From Balanoglossus misakiensis (lineage: Eukaryota > Animalia > Hemichordata): DNA of 64,000 bases. The stretch spans positions 3,900,607 through 3,964,606 of the forward strand of contig CM082598.2 of the NCBI GenBank assembly GCA_040954595.2. The letters run 5' to 3'. Under the pieces are notes generated by a model. The model did not search any database, was not told the origin of the DNA, and was given only the letters and a program-made list of their open reading frames with translations. The position numbers and the translations under genes are program-made. This document shows positions 53,301 through 64,000 of this stretch, one piece after another. Every line of letters begins with the position of its first letter. Position 1 is the stretch's first letter.

Positions 53301-53926
53301 CTGCAGCTTTTCCCTGTGTTTGCGATGCCGTCTTCCCGGCACTTGACTTCTTATCCTCCTGTTTTCCGGCTCCCATTCCCGTCTTACTCCTCTGCATCTT
53401 TGGAGAACTGCTTTCCTTTTTCTCGCCCTGTTCCGAAGTCTTCCTCCAGCTATTGCCTTCCTTTCCCAAGCTCCCCGTACTCTGGCCACTCTTCCTCCTC
53501 CCAGAGTCTGAGAGATCGGAATTCCCTCGCCTCCATTTGTCGCTGGGAAGATTAGCGTTCTTATCCCTTGTTTTCCCGTCGATGGACTTATCCTCGTCTG
53601 TTGGGGAATACTTCCGCCAGACATTCCCGGAGCTGGAACTGCTCCGCTTCATCTCGAAGCCGGACAGATCGCCGTCGATCATATCCGTCCCTGTGTCATT
53701 CATGTCATCCGAGAGTTTGGAGTCCACGGAATTGCGAGGTGAATACGTGGATGATTTATCCGATAGCGCTTGTCCCGGTTTGGGGACTCGTCTGCCCGTG
53801 GAGGGCGTGTTGGGCGTGGAGGAGGAACAGACGGAGGATCCTGTTACATTGTCATCCGTGCTCATCTCTGCGATTGTATCACTGATGCCGCTGCTGATGG
53901 AGCTGCTGTCTTCGTCGTCATCACAA
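9149..53926 (-). CDS. NAV2: Neuron navigator (NAV2/unc-53/sickie-like), 5'-partial, 18 coding exons traced
   Basis: Exons join in frame at GT-AG sites (4609 nt in total). They encode recognisable NAV motifs: DSSSISSGISDT, HGSALSLVSSTSSMYST, AFEQSL, KEMKLTDIRLEAL, PELLPCGYLVG, Walker A GPSGTGKT, CPYIIGTMNQ, WFTDLWNYSIVPYLLEAVREG and C-terminal LQEAANY...ESTL*. Confidence 0.96.
9558..9643 (+). mobile_element. ~86-bp piggyBac-type MITE, copy 1
   Basis: TTAA|CCCTTTCACC...GGTGAAAGGG|TTAA: terminal inverted repeats with TTAA on both sides. Confidence 0.8.
9760..9765 (-). promoter_or_regulatory. Candidate poly(A) signal for the duplicated last exon
   Basis: Minus-strand AATAAA about 400 nt after the 10165 stop and before the 9292 acceptor. 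Confidence 0.35.
10165..10245 (-). CDS. NAV2: Duplicated alternative last exon of NAV (LSMLMHLQEAASYSSPQSCESNSRYV*)
   Basis: Phase-0 acceptor tttttgacag|CTG. Peptide is paralogous to the 9149-9292 exon. In-frame TAG, plus an internal donor AG|GTATGT at 10175. Confidence 0.75.
   Translation of the reverse strand: MSMLMHLQEAASYSSPQSCESNSRYV
11055..11252 (-). CDS. NAV2: NAV exon (MYGRKAQWEDP...LRLRPEDVGFD...GDPL)
   Basis: cacag|ATG acceptor and CTG|GTGAGT donor. Confidence 0.95.
11733..12048 (-). CDS. NAV2: NAV exon (WVLCANHMEPVKGFLGRYLRRK...AVREGLQ)
   Basis: tctcag|A acceptor and CAG|GTAGGT donor. Confidence 0.96.
12265..12438 (-). CDS. NAV2: NAV AAA+ exon with Walker B-like VIILDN
   Basis: tttcag|T acceptor and AG|GTAAGA donor. 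Confidence 0.95.
12585..12695 (-). CDS. NAV2: NAV AAA+ exon (IATFNVDHKSCKELRQYLANIADQC)
   Basis: ttacag|G acceptor and AA|GTAAGT donor; not in the ORF track. Confidence 0.94.
12790..12874 (+). mobile_element. piggyBac-type MITE, copy 2
   Basis: Same family as 9558-9643, with degenerate flanks. Confidence 0.75.
12970..13141 (-). CDS. NAV2: NAV AAA+ exon with Walker A (GPSGTGKT)
   Basis: ttttag|AT acceptor and AG|GTAAAC donor. Confidence 0.96.
13255..13329 (-). CDS. NAV2: NAV exon (DDEPPELLPCGYLVGENNSINIHLK)
   Basis: cccatag|AT acceptor and A|GTAAGT donor; conserved PELLPCGYLVG; not in the ORF track. Confidence 0.93.
13493..13620 (-). repeat. Interspersed repeat end starting TTAA-GGGAC, copy A
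   Basis: Similar over ~130 bp to 41659-41796 in the opposite orientation. Confidence 0.75.
13627..13720 (-). CDS. NAV2: NAV exon (EYVLRIDPVTNLGL...)
   Basis: tttcag|GAG acceptor and G|GTCAGT donor. Confidence 0.92.
13835..14025 (-). CDS. NAV2: NAV exon (DILLDD...IGTLSISSKTKWDALDNVVRRIFK)
   Basis: tacag|AT acceptor and AAA|GTAAGT donor; KTKWDxLD motif. Confidence 0.93.
14264..14305 (-). CDS. NAV2: NAV 42-nt micro-exon (DHQRLSFASDHGSL), phase 1-1
   Basis: tttttag|AT acceptor and G|GTAAGT donor; frame-preserving. Confidence 0.75.
14564..14699 (-). CDS. NAV2: NAV exon (NEMSNLKQENERLQ...)
   Basis: ttccag|AAT acceptor and G|GTAAGT donor. Confidence 0.92.
14872..15025 (-). CDS. NAV2: NAV exon (LKKQLRDKEMKLTDIRLEALTSAHQLDQLKESMNKLK)
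   Basis: gacag|G acceptor and AAG|GTAAGT donor; highly conserved coiled coil. Confidence 0.95.
15345..15508 (-). CDS. NAV2: NAV exon (LRTSFRSPFSRKK...)
   Basis: tttcag|CTG acceptor and GC|GTAAGT donor. Confidence 0.9.
15619..15761 (-). CDS. NAV2: NAV exon (RQLSTDSMSS...KKKKKSW)
   Basis: ctccag|CA acceptor and TGG|GTGAGT donor; NAV KKKKxW motif. Confidence 0.92.
15993..16191 (-). CDS. NAV2: NAV exon (SHVVSAFEQSLSSMTNRL...KDSELRELRETIE)
   Basis: tgtttgcag|TCA acceptor and A|GTATGC donor; NAV coiled-coil motif. Confidence 0.93.
18380..18732. repeat. Two-copy tandem repeat, 175-bp unit
   Basis: Near-identical units start at 18380 and 18555. Confidence 0.92.
20791..21106. mobile_element. Degenerate MITE with ~30-bp imperfect terminal inverted repeats
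   Basis: GCTTGGGGCAGAGTGACTCATGTTTCCGTAA versus the reverse complement of TTACGTAACATGACTCATCTGTCTCCCAAAGC. Confidence 0.5.
21685..21747 (-). CDS. Candidate alternative first coding exon of NAV (MPQLSPGGSSINIRRAGSMGE)
   Basis: AATATGC start, 21 codons, CpG-rich patch, phase-0 donor GAG|GTACTA. A competing out-of-phase donor G|GTGAGG lies 5 nt upstream. Confidence 0.4.
29491..29575 (+). mobile_element. piggyBac-type MITE, copy 3
   Basis: TTAA|CCCTTTCATCACCATG...GGGGGTGAAAGGG. Confidence 0.78.
37756..37842 (+). mobile_element. piggyBac-type MITE, copy 4 (diverged)
   Basis: TTAA at both ends; internal GTCCAAA and GAGGGAACT are shared with the other copies. Confidence 0.7.
40223..40369 (-). 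CDS. Candidate alternative first coding exon of NAV (MDFYGSLPSRGRRYYYPGERPPTPIRRPQSRMDPAERRKRHQSCPFPYE)
   Basis: ACGATGG start just after an in-frame TGA; 49 open codons in a CpG-rich patch; phase-0 donor GAG|GTAAAA compatible with the exon at 16191. Confidence 0.65.
41659..41796 (+). repeat. Interspersed repeat end starting TTAA-AGGGAC, copy B (possibly a Kolobok-like non-autonomous terminus)
   Basis: Shares CTCTCTCTCGCTGCCC...AATTATGTT.GATACAAGACAC.GTTTATGTTA with 13493-13620. Confidence 0.7.
46815..46895 (-). CDS. Candidate alternative first coding exon of NAV (MADNPAVTMTTCEIHAVQKQIMPLGRQ)
   Basis: AATATGG start, 27 codons, phase-0 donor CAG|GTAAAT. Confidence 0.5.
49712..49810 (-). CDS. 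NAV2: NAV exon (IEEKAVHAIRKLKKEL...SQIHTN), start of coiled coil
   Basis: Tandem CAGCAG acceptor (start 49810 or 49813) and AAC|GTGAGT donor; phase 0-0. Confidence 0.92.
50315..50346. repeat. (GATT)n microsatellite beside a NAV donor site
   Basis: About 8 units. Confidence 0.92.
50362..50530 (-). CDS. NAV2: NAV exon (VPGMVRSNS...HGSALSLVSSTSSMYST)
   Basis: ttttcag|T acceptor and ACG|GTATGT donor; conserved HGSxLSLVSSTSS motif. Confidence 0.93.
51058..51142 (-). mobile_element. piggyBac-type MITE, copy 5 (reverse orientation)
   Basis: Reverse complement of the 9558-9643 family. Confidence 0.75.
51899..53926 (-). CDS. NAV2: NAV large exon (2028 nt, phase 2-2): Ser/Thr-rich low-complexity region with Q/H tract
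   Basis: Acceptor ttacttgcag|T and donor ACCAG|GTAAGT. Matches the 683-aa ORF and begins CDDDEDSSSISSGISDT as in NAV proteins. Confidence 0.92.
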
Positions 53927-54920
53927 CTGCAAGTAAACAAAAACAAAACACGTTAGTCTGTACGATCATCTCTAGTTGCATTATGGCGCTCTCTGTAGAC
54001 TCCACAGTATGAGCTTATATTCTGATCGATCTCTCTTTCAGATCACATTCACGCAACACTGCCAAGTGTATACTCACAATACACACGCACATTCCTAGAC
54101 AACGTAACACAACAAACAACAAATATGTACAAGTACACACACTCTTGTGAACAAGTAAACAAAATATCTCAATTTTCATTTCATTCTAAAACATCTCCTC
54201 CCATCCCAGTTCCAATCACGTCATGGAATTGTTAAAACTATCACACTGTAGTTATCAGACATCAGAAACTGTACAGCAGACAGCTTTCTCTATCCGTCAT
54301 CAAACACTGAAAATCCGGGACTGGGAAACCCATCTGGGATTTGGCATTCCAGGGCTTCCAGGACTTAATCCCCAGGAAATGAATCCGGAACGGCTACTGT
54401 GATATATGGGACACAAGACAGTGGAGTTTCTTTGATTTGTTGATGCTGGAATTGACAAATTTGTCTCCGAGAGGAATGGATAGCATATGTAGAACGTCAA
54501 GAGGGAGTCTGTGTGTATCTGCAGTGTTTTATAGAAGACTAATCTCATTGGTGCTGTAGCCTTATCCCATTGTCCTCTAATTGTACAGTGAAAGGTGTTC
54601 GCCACTAAGCTGTGGTTAACCCCATTGTTTTTCAATGATGGATTTGGGATCCACAAGAAGAGGAGGTTAAGTAGGGGCACTGTGGTAGACGCCGTTTTGA
54701 CTGATTTCTATTTTTTGGCCCACATGATACAACTAATATTGATTTCTATCATATCATCATATTAGGAATTATATCATACCAGTATATTGATGGTGTAAAT
54801 CACGCTATTTGATTGGTCGAGACACGACACGTGACCGTGATATATTAGCCATATACCACAGTCATATATCATAGTCAAAGAAAATGCCTTTTTAAAATGT
54901 TTTATGCAAAGTTTCAATAT

Positions 54921-55049
54921 AAACACCCCCAGCCATGGTATACCACGAGATTTTGACCAGTTCAACTCCATATACGCACTCGCTATCGCTCGTGCGTATA
55001 TGTCGTGAACTGGTCAAAATCTCGTGGTATACCATGGCTGGGGGTGTTT
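54921..55049. repeat. Foldback palindrome, part of a non-autonomous element from ~54780
   Basis: Perfect 44-bp inverted arms (54921-54964 and 55006-55049) plus inner 11-bp arms around TCGCTATCGCTC. Confidence 0.9.
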
Positions 55050-58000
55050 TATTGCTTAAATAGTTAATGGTAATATTAATCAAACTAGAGATTGTTTGAA
55101 ACAAAATCATCTGGAACTTTTCTATACTGAGAACAGACATGTCAGAATTTCCTTCCAAAAATGCTACATTTTATGTGGATCACTTTATGCCAGGCACTAT
55201 GCTGCTTGCACTGCATTGTGGGAAGAAGTCAGGAAAGCCCGCATCTGTGAACGAACAATCGGGTCAGAGGTCGCAATACTTTAAAACACTATCAGAGACA
55301 AAGGCAACAAAGTCTCCTTGACAGCTAAGTGCGGTTAAAACACACAAAAATAAACCAGCCATTCCACTTGGAATTTTTTTCCCCTTCCATCTGCACATTC
55401 CGCTAACCACTGCGTCACAACTTTCATCACATCAGCGTTCTTCAAAACAGATCTTTTGCATCTGTCACTGCCGCGCAACCACACTCATCAAAATATATTT
55501 ATCCGACTTCTGGCTCCAATAAACAGAAACAGTGATCGAGAAGACACGTGCTTTTGCATTGGAGTGAGTTCAGACAAAACAATTAAACACAGACAGGATT
55601 ATATTTGGCCACTGTTTAATGTATGTTGGTTTTATGTCGTAGTATTAAACTTTTTACAAGGGATACACTGTATGCAAGAAAAGTCGGAAGAAAAAGCACT
55701 GGATACTAGACTTTACCTCTAAACAAAATCACTTCCATTCCTGAGAACCACCACCATCACTGAAACTCTGACCTGAACTAAAGGCAACCAAAGATATACA
55801 AACATGGCCTGGGCGACCGGAGTTCCCGATCCAGGGTCCGTACCTCAGGCTGAACTCATCTCTTGTGTCATCGATATATCTAATCATTTACAAGCACCAT
55901 TACAGCAGTTTACAACTCACATTTGAAAATTTACGCTTCTCAGACATGTATATGGAGACTGCAAGACACCAGCTGTTTTTTATGACATCCTTTGCAGAAA
56001 CCACTATTCAGAGTAAGACCATCATATCTGACAACTTTGATGTGCAGTGTATATGCAGCTGCAGCTATATAAAGCCACAAATTCTTGCCTGTCTTTAAGA
56101 ACTATTGTCGGAATTGAATAGAAACCATTAGAAGTACCTATCCCCTCTCCGTAAGTTCCATTGTATGTGGCTGTGTGTACATCTCGCATTTATAAGAGAC
56201 GTAATTACTGTACTGGTTATTCACCCTGGGTGGGAATTGTTGGCAAGATAACCCTGGTGGAGTTTAGATTGCGAGCAACTGTAGAATACTGATGAGTCAG
56301 TGATGGAAGAGCGAAACAGTTGTCAGTACATGTATGTGTACAGAGATGCATACAGACATACACTGACTCAGATGCATATATAGGCACAAAATCACACATA
56401 CGGTAAATGTATAAACACAGTAATGTCTGTGCATTCAGGACATTTTCACTAGTCCTATTATTTTCAGATTTCAATTTTAATACTAGTAACATTTTGACAT
56501 AAGAAAAAATCTAAAAGGACAATCACTCTTGAGTTTTAATATCCAGAAGAATCCTAAGGCTTTGTAAGAAAAATATGTGATATTAACATCAATATTTTGA
56601 ACACTTGTATGCTGATTGGATTAAACGCCTGGAAAACATTCATCTCGATTTATACCCACTAGGTCTTAACCCTCACCACCTTTGCCCTTGACCCTCACAT
56701 TAGACATAAAAGCCCAAAACATTGCATCATAGCAAAATGATTCGTTCTAATAATGATGCAGAGAAATGTCTAAGCTTTGCACCTTTAAACCAGACAGAAC
56801 AAATTTAGATGATGATGCTTTGCTGTAAATAGAAGAACTCTGTGTTCTTCGTGGGAACTGGGCGTGGTGAGGACAAGACAGTCGTTAACGTCTTGAACTC
56901 CCATATGTGCGTCTGTTCCCGTCAAAAGAAAACGCAAAACAGTAACTTCAGGATTGTCATCACCAGTATGGTTCCTTATTTTATGCGTGGACTTTCTTAA
57001 CATTATTTTAATCTCTTTTTAATTCTGCTACACAAATCATTCATTGACGCATACACTGTATGTATGGCCAGACATTTGTACGGGTGTTGGTTGTGTTAAC
57101 TGCACAGGTGCAAACTGCAAGTTGATTGATATCAGCCACTATGAAAGTTCTGGTTTTGACTAACATTCATCCAGAAATAAAATTAGCTGACCTTTGAACT
57201 AGGTCATCTAAGGTCACCTGTTGTATATCATCCCTGAATAATTGAAGATCACCCATTTTGTGCTATGATTTATTCGACAAGAGAATTCTCCACACTTGGT
57301 GCAGCCTGCACTCAGCAATGTGTTGGGTCTTCCATGACCTTTGACCTGGCAGCTATAAACTCTCTCTCAAACTGCGACCTTAATGCTTGGCAGGTTCGAA
57401 AAACCATTTCCGATGTCTCATATTATTCCAGAGCTGTGGAAATTGTCAAGTGGGGTTATCGGAAGTGCGATGCCGTCAAATATATGCCTTGAAAATGACA
57501 CTTTAATAACCATGTAAATGTTTATTTCTGCCGAAGATAACTTTGTTTTTATGTATCACTATCAGGGTCTGAGTTTGTTCACCCTTTGAGAAGTTTGGTC
57601 GTCTGGTTACTTACAAGAAACAAATGCAGGATGGTCAACTTTATTTGTTCAGAAATTCTTCTCCCAGATGCAAGAGTGTATCCTGTTACTTTGTGCTGAA
57701 TAACGAAGAGCACAACTGTTCTCGTATTCATAAAACCTGCTTTGAAGAGCAGTTTTCTGGCAGGGTTTGTAAATTTTTATCGAGTGTCTTCATGACTTGC
57801 CAAAAGTTCACTTTTCCAAAGATCTATCAGGTCAAGGATTGTTATTTACAATGTATCTCGATGAAAGCAATGTTATGCACTGGAATTCATCCACAAAAAA
57901 GGCCAAGAAAACGTTCTGTTGGAAAAATTTACAGTGTCCACTTCCAGGGAATGTTGTGATGAGATAGGTGACTTTTCTGGTGCGATCATATCTCATGTTG

Positions 58001-58438
58001 GCTGAAAGCCAGAGTTACCAACTGCGCTGTAACAAGGTTAGAATTTGTCCCAACACTCTAAAAGCAAGTCCCAAACAAACATCAACACCTTTTGTATTTA
58101 TCCTCTTGACAGCAGGAAACTAAAGAGTGGGGTCAAGCTGTGGTTTGACTTTCACAGGAGAAAATGCAATTATTTGGGGGATGGATTCCACAGGCACTGA
58201 GCACTGTCACAAACTACAACTGTTTGTGAAAATTCCTCATTTTGTGCCGAGTGTAAACCATACCATGTGTGCTGAGAAAATGTAACAGTAGCTGTTTAGA
58301 GTAGGCATTTTACCTCTGGGATAATTTTCCTTTAAAAATGAGCCCTGCAAAAAAGTCCTACAAATTCTGTTGTGTGTGCAGTCATTTTGGAAAGTCGGAC
58401 AAAACAACAGAATTCAACAGAAGTGCATATATCACAGT

Positions 58439-58657
58439 GGCAATGGGGTGACTAACACCCTTACACAGTCCAGGCAATGGGGTGACTAACACCCTTACAC
58501 AGTCCAGGCAATGGTGACTTTGTCATTTTGGGACATTTTTCATGGGTTATATATAGCTCATGGATTTTTTCATGGGCTTTTGACGGAAAACGAGAATTTC
58601 GCGACTTTGGTGACTTTGTCATTCTGGGACATTTTTTCGTGGGCTATAATAGCTCAA
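58439..58657. repeat. Adjacent short tandem duplications (34-bp x2, then ~93-bp-spaced pair)
   Basis: GGCAATGGGGTGACTAACACCCTTACACAGTCCA x2, followed by GGTGACTTTGTCATT(T/C)TGGGACATTTTT x2. Confidence 0.8.
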
Positions 58658-61614
58658 GAAGTGCGTTTACAAATGCACTGCAAAGGCTGCATACCCCTGG
58701 GCACGTCAACATCTCTGGAGAATAAAACTAGCAAACAGTATTCACCTAAATGACAATGGCAAACTGGGGTGACCAGTCTGTAGAAAGATCGTTCCCCAGC
58801 AGACATATAAAACCCTCCATCAAAGTAGTGTTTTGACACCCAGCAATCACAGGGACTAGGGAAACGTATAGCACAGTCTCTTCGGGGATTTGTAGGTGAT
58901 CTCATTAGTGAAAGACCAGGGCAAAGGACTGGAGCATGTCACTGGGGCCAGACTCTATAGTGGACAAATTTTGAACAAGTCCCACTAAACACCCTACCAA
59001 GACAAACAAACAAGACAGTTGAGATTGAGATGTACCTTACCTGCGGTAAACATTCCATGAACTTGAAGTCCAGTTTACTTTCCGTAGAATAACCGCATCG
59101 TTCCCATTATGCAACAAAGCTTCTTTTGTTTTTGTGAAACAGCTATTATTAACAGGGTCTATTGAAGACCAATCAACAGACAATAGCTCATTTCCAAAGC
59201 GTATAAGCCATGGCTATGTCAACCAACTTTGCGCAACTCCCATTATTCGCCGAACTGATGTTATTCTACATTTTCTGCACTGAGACCCCTTTCACGTTTA
59301 GCTGTTTAAAAATACAATAAAAACACCGATCTAAAAACCTTACTTATATTCCTATTGTTAATGGTCCTGTCTCCATGGTGATATTATTCTCAAGAGAATG
59401 AATCCAGAGTGCGGGACCATTTTCTACAATTATGTCTCAGAATGGGGACTTTGTAATAACCACCCAGACAAATAGTTCAGTACAAGTCATATTAAATTTA
59501 GCGTGTGCTTTACTATGAATCAAAATAAAGAGCTGGCCCATTCATTCCCAATAGACTTGCTATACCTATTTTGAAAATAGTTGCTTCCAAGGAATACTGG
59601 TTTATCCATAGCTTGGAAGTCAATGAAACTAATGAGAGGGGTGTAGGGTAGTTAGGATGGGAATGACAATACAAGGAATTCGGTTTCACGCATTGTTTTG
59701 TATTGAACAAATATTCTAATCTCTATGTAAATAAATCATAATTTATATCATTATAGAACAATAGCCTGAAACTTGATAATATTGTCAGTGTTTTTTGTGG
59801 TATCCTCTACATTTATATGTTCTTCTCCAAATCAGATATTGACATGCTTAGTATACAGCTTGTCATCACAACCTTAGCCACATAAATCTATGTCCAAATA
59901 GCAGTGTTACTGTTGACAATTGCATTTTAGTCTGACTTATTGGCAAAATTACCCTTTACAGTAATTCCCCGGCAAAAACAAATAATTCACGACGACATTC
60001 AATAATATATATTATAATTGATAGGTTTGACTTGTCCTATTCTGTTTATACTCAAAGTGAATGAGATTGCTTTTTATATTCTGTAATATCTTGAGAGTCA
60101 GAAAAGGCTGTCCTTTCACCCAATGTCTTCAGGGAAGAAAATGTCATGACGACTAATCACAACATCTTTATTACAATACGGCAAAGTACAGCCATAAAAC
60201 CAAGATATATTTGGTGAATTTCCGATGAATTTGACAGGATGTATATATACCCTTTGGCATAAATCTAAATGCACCCAGGAGTGGTTGATTGTAGACTGAA
60301 TTGCTTGATGACAAAGTCTTTAGTACACTGCTTATATTGCTGTATCTGGGATAAGTGGCCATACACAAAATAGAAAGTTCAGATGGATTTACGGTGACCT
60401 TTGACCTAGGTACGGAAAAGCCGAACCAACCAGGAGCGTATCACTAAATATTTAAATTAAACCCTAAACACTGTACAGCTGACAAGAGTTCACGGAATGA
60501 CATGTATTTATTTGATGCTTGCTTTAAATTCATCAGTTTAGTTTAGACTAAAAACGGGAGCAACATTTTCTTGGTGACTATTGCCAACACATCTTGAAAC
60601 AGATCACATTTCTGGCTTTTCGTACGAGTCTAATATCACCAGCGATTTTGAGTACAGAGATTAAAATTAGAGATTCTTGCTGCATGTTGCACTACAACCG
60701 GAAATCCAACACCTCATCAAATTTCAACGACTCCATAACAGATTTCCGGCTCATTTTCCCGGTTACCTCACATCTTCGTCATCTTCCTTCCCGGACAAAA
60801 GTCTTTCTCCGGACTCTGCCGGCCACATACTGGGGAACTAACTGGGAGACACTAAATTTACACTCACCAGACAGGATAGACACGTGTCGTGGAGTTCAGT
60901 TTCAAAGTTCTAGGTTTCAGCATGGAAATATCTTCAGTTAAATGATACAACTGCTGGATATAAGATCTTCCTATTTAGTCTTTGATTCAGACACAAATAC
61001 ACAACAGGAAATATATCCTGAATTGAAAAATGCTTAAAATATGGTTATTTGAATATAACATTACAAGAAAATGTGTCAGTTACTCTTGTTTGCTTGTAGT
61101 GGTAGATTTTCTTTCAACTCAGTTTCAATGATATCATTTGTGAACTTATTAAAGTCAGATTTATCAACCCAAACATCAAAAGGCCTATATATCAATCACA
61201 CAAACCTCAGCCAATCAAAAGTCCTATATCAATCATACGGACCTCAGCCAATCAAATCACAGGATTTTTAATAATGTATCAAGATTTCCCAAATTCCATA
61301 AATAGGTCAAATCCCACAGAAATTGCACTCATTATAAAACGATTTGACTAGTAACGCTTTGCTTGAAATATTAAACAAGTTGTCAGCATGGTGGAATGTC
61401 AAGAATTGTTATTACATGATCAGATTTACAAATTGGAATGTTTGGACCCGCAAATGCTTTCAATGGTTGTGCTGTTTGTACAGTATGGTTTTACAGTCAC
61501 TGGCATTATCAGACACACTGTTGATAGACATAGGTGGACGTATAACATGCCTTCATATGTTTCTAAGGGAAATCTCACAGACCTGGAAAAGGCTTTCTTT
61601 TACAGACCTGTGAC

Positions 61615-61618
<4 letters not shown>

Positions 61619-61666
<48 letters not shown>
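61619..61666. repeat. (TCA)n microsatellite
   Basis: About 16 perfect units. Confidence 0.95.
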
Positions 61667-62539
61667 CTACCACCACCAGCACAACAACCATCACCACCAT
61701 TTGCTCTATATGATATTTCAAGGGCACACAAGAACTTGTGCAGGCATTGACTTTGTATTATTCAAAGTTGACTGATCAAGCAAGCTATGTATACAAAGTT
61801 GAAAAGGAAACCCAGTCCAGTAATGTAACGACCACTGATGTAATTACCACCATCAACAAAATCAGTCAACTCTGTGATGACATGAGAAACCCAACACTGT
61901 TCATCAAATTATTCCCAACTCACATCGATTTCTAATACTTCTTAAAATCAAATATACACTTGCATGATTCAAGATCAGATGGTGCAGTGTTTATATTTCC
62001 AACGGACTTGCATGTAAGGCGTCAATGTTTTGAATTTATATACTTGTGACAGTAGTTAATTGGTACCTGTGTGTACCAATATGTACAGCTAGAAATGCTA
62101 GGTCACAACATACATGTATACCTGTATGTTAAATACGAAATGTAGCAAAATGCAGTCACCTTAAAGTACGTACATGAATTATGTGAGTGACGTTTCGATA
62201 CAAGGTTAAAACCTAACCCATTGTCAGCAATGCAGAACTTGACAAACAATCTCCAATACAACAACCGACTATCCACAAACGTGAAGCAGCAATGCGTGAC
62301 AGGTCTGGAGTGTGTACAAGGCTCGCTACAATATTGAAGATTTGAAAAAGCGAGCAGGGGGGCTGGGCCGGCACGCTGTGAACACTTGTCAACAGACCTT
62401 AGAATACAAGGCCTGGTACGATATTGCCGATCTCGAAGAAGTCTCGAGTGTTTGATCCGCATATGGTGAACATTCACTGTACAGAGACTGTGACACGGTT
62501 GGGATTTCAGAAGATCTGGGCGTCAGAAGATTTGTACCA

Positions 62540-62735
62540 TGTTCACACTGAGTAAAACCTGAAACGTTTCAGAGACACTATTTGCCATATGTATAAACAC
62601 AGAGGGTTAATCTTTGTGTCCTCACACACAAAGTTAAAGCGCCTCAGTCCCATAGACCACTTGAACCGTTCACACATACTATTCTATGCCAGTATTTGAG
62701 CTGAGACGTTTCAGAAACACATCCCTGTGTGAACA
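62540..62735. mobile_element. Degenerate MITE, possibly PIF/Harbinger-type
   Basis: Ends are TGTTCACAC...GTGTGAACA, each with a subterminal CTGA(A/G)ACGTTTCAG palindrome. Confidence 0.4.
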
Positions 62736-64000
62736 CCCCATTGGTCAACAAACCTGGAGTACAGGGCTTGCAACAGTATCAGGGATTCAGAAAGATATCT
62801 AGAGCTTGCCCGACTGATGATAGATGAGAGGCCACCCGACAGCCAAGAGTAATGGGTGTAGTTCTCGCACCCCTAGGCACTCCCAGTACAGTCATTTGCA
62901 GCCATCCGTGACAGAAAAAAGTCCCCTACCAAACTCTGTGAATGTTCAGCTCCGCTTTGAACAATGATACTCTGTATGTACACTTTACAAATTACTGTCC
63001 AACTCCTTGTGTTTCTGATCTGATCCTCCGTCCATGTTTTTGTTTAGATCGCCCTGCCAAGGCCATCGCCCTTTCATCGTAATAAACAATTCAGTTCACA
63101 AGATCTGAATGCTAAACCACTTACCACTGCAAAAGACTTTTCAGAGTGGAAACTGTTTCAGGTGAAACTTTAAATCGGACATTTTTCACTTGAAAAAGAC
63201 CATTGTACAGAGTGATTAGCTTAGGCTTTGCTTGTTAAATGTTTTTCCATTCTGATGAGCATGGTTTTAAAACTCTCTTATCAAGAGACATACTTCTACA
63301 TAAGGAGAGGGAACCATCTTGGGTGTGTTTGGAAGTAACCTTTTTACTTTTGTAGTATAAAAGTCAGTTGGTCCGACTCGATTCTCGTAAAATTCCAAAA
63401 TAACAAGTCATTCTGACAGACAATAATGCAGCACTGTTTTTTTCCAGCTGCTGAAACTGTTGTACTCTTAGAGACCATATTGAACGTTTAAAGGGAAAAT
63501 TTCCACAGTTTATTCCCACTGGAAACTGATAACATTCCTTGTGATAACCTTGGCAGCATCCGACAGTGACCTCTGACCTCCTTTATGAGGTTTAAAGGCA
63601 AAATAGTCCCACACAGCAGATTTCTGACACTAAACAGACCACTCTAAAACAGGTCTCCATTAATCTCGACACAGCAATAAAAAGTTAGACCCCAAAACTG
63701 TGCTGTTTTTGATACTGCAACTTCGCACTGAGAAAGGGCTATGAACGGCCATTGGAAACTTTTCCCCAACTCCCATACATGTGTTTGTATTCAAAACAGA
63801 AAAAGAAAATAAAACAGCGATTTGAACTGTGAAAGTAAAGTTGGTCATATGTTGAAATACAAATATTTCTATCAAGCAAGCAGATGCTACTTTTTTGAAA
63901 TCATACTTGACATATTTAACAACAACAGACAGATTTGGGACATTTTCTTTGGGAAAACTGTCCTTAACATTTACTGGTTTGTCTATCTATACTTGGTCAT

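Noticed and set aside
52061-54012. Many overlapping ORFs on both strands
   Set aside because: These are shadows of the GC-rich large NAV exon, with no independent motifs.
58439-58657. Short direct repeats resembling a CRISPR array
   Set aside because: Eukaryotic intron, only two copies each, no spacer series and no cas genes.
61388-61750. 120-aa ORF with poly-Ser
   Set aside because: It is driven by the (TCA)n microsatellite.

Overview
AT-rich, intron-rich animal genomic DNA, probably a marine invertebrate (inferred from repeat style and gene structure; the organism cannot be fixed). Most of the window is the 3' portion of a minus-strand neuron navigator gene (NAV2/unc-53/sickie family). 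I traced 18 phase-consistent GT-AG coding exons from 53926 to the stop at 9149, about 1535 aa: Ser-rich region, coiled coils, AAA+ ATPase and C-terminal ESTL. The 5' exons (CH domain) were not found and presumably lie beyond 64000. Two structures are missed by the ORF track. (1) The 33.5-kb intron holds several ATG-initiated, phase-0 candidate alternative first exons that would splice in frame to the coiled-coil/AAA half. (2) A paralogous duplicate of the last coding exon at 10165-10245 has its own stop and a candidate poly(A) signal, and would remove the ESTL PDZ-type motif. Bases ~340-5400 are a decayed, scrambled, intron-containing DUF6729-type DDE transposase relic, adjacent to a HECT C-lobe pseudo-fragment. 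The introns carry a TTAA-flanked piggyBac-type MITE family, a foldback element, tandem repeats and microsatellites. All alignments were done by eye; no database search was run.
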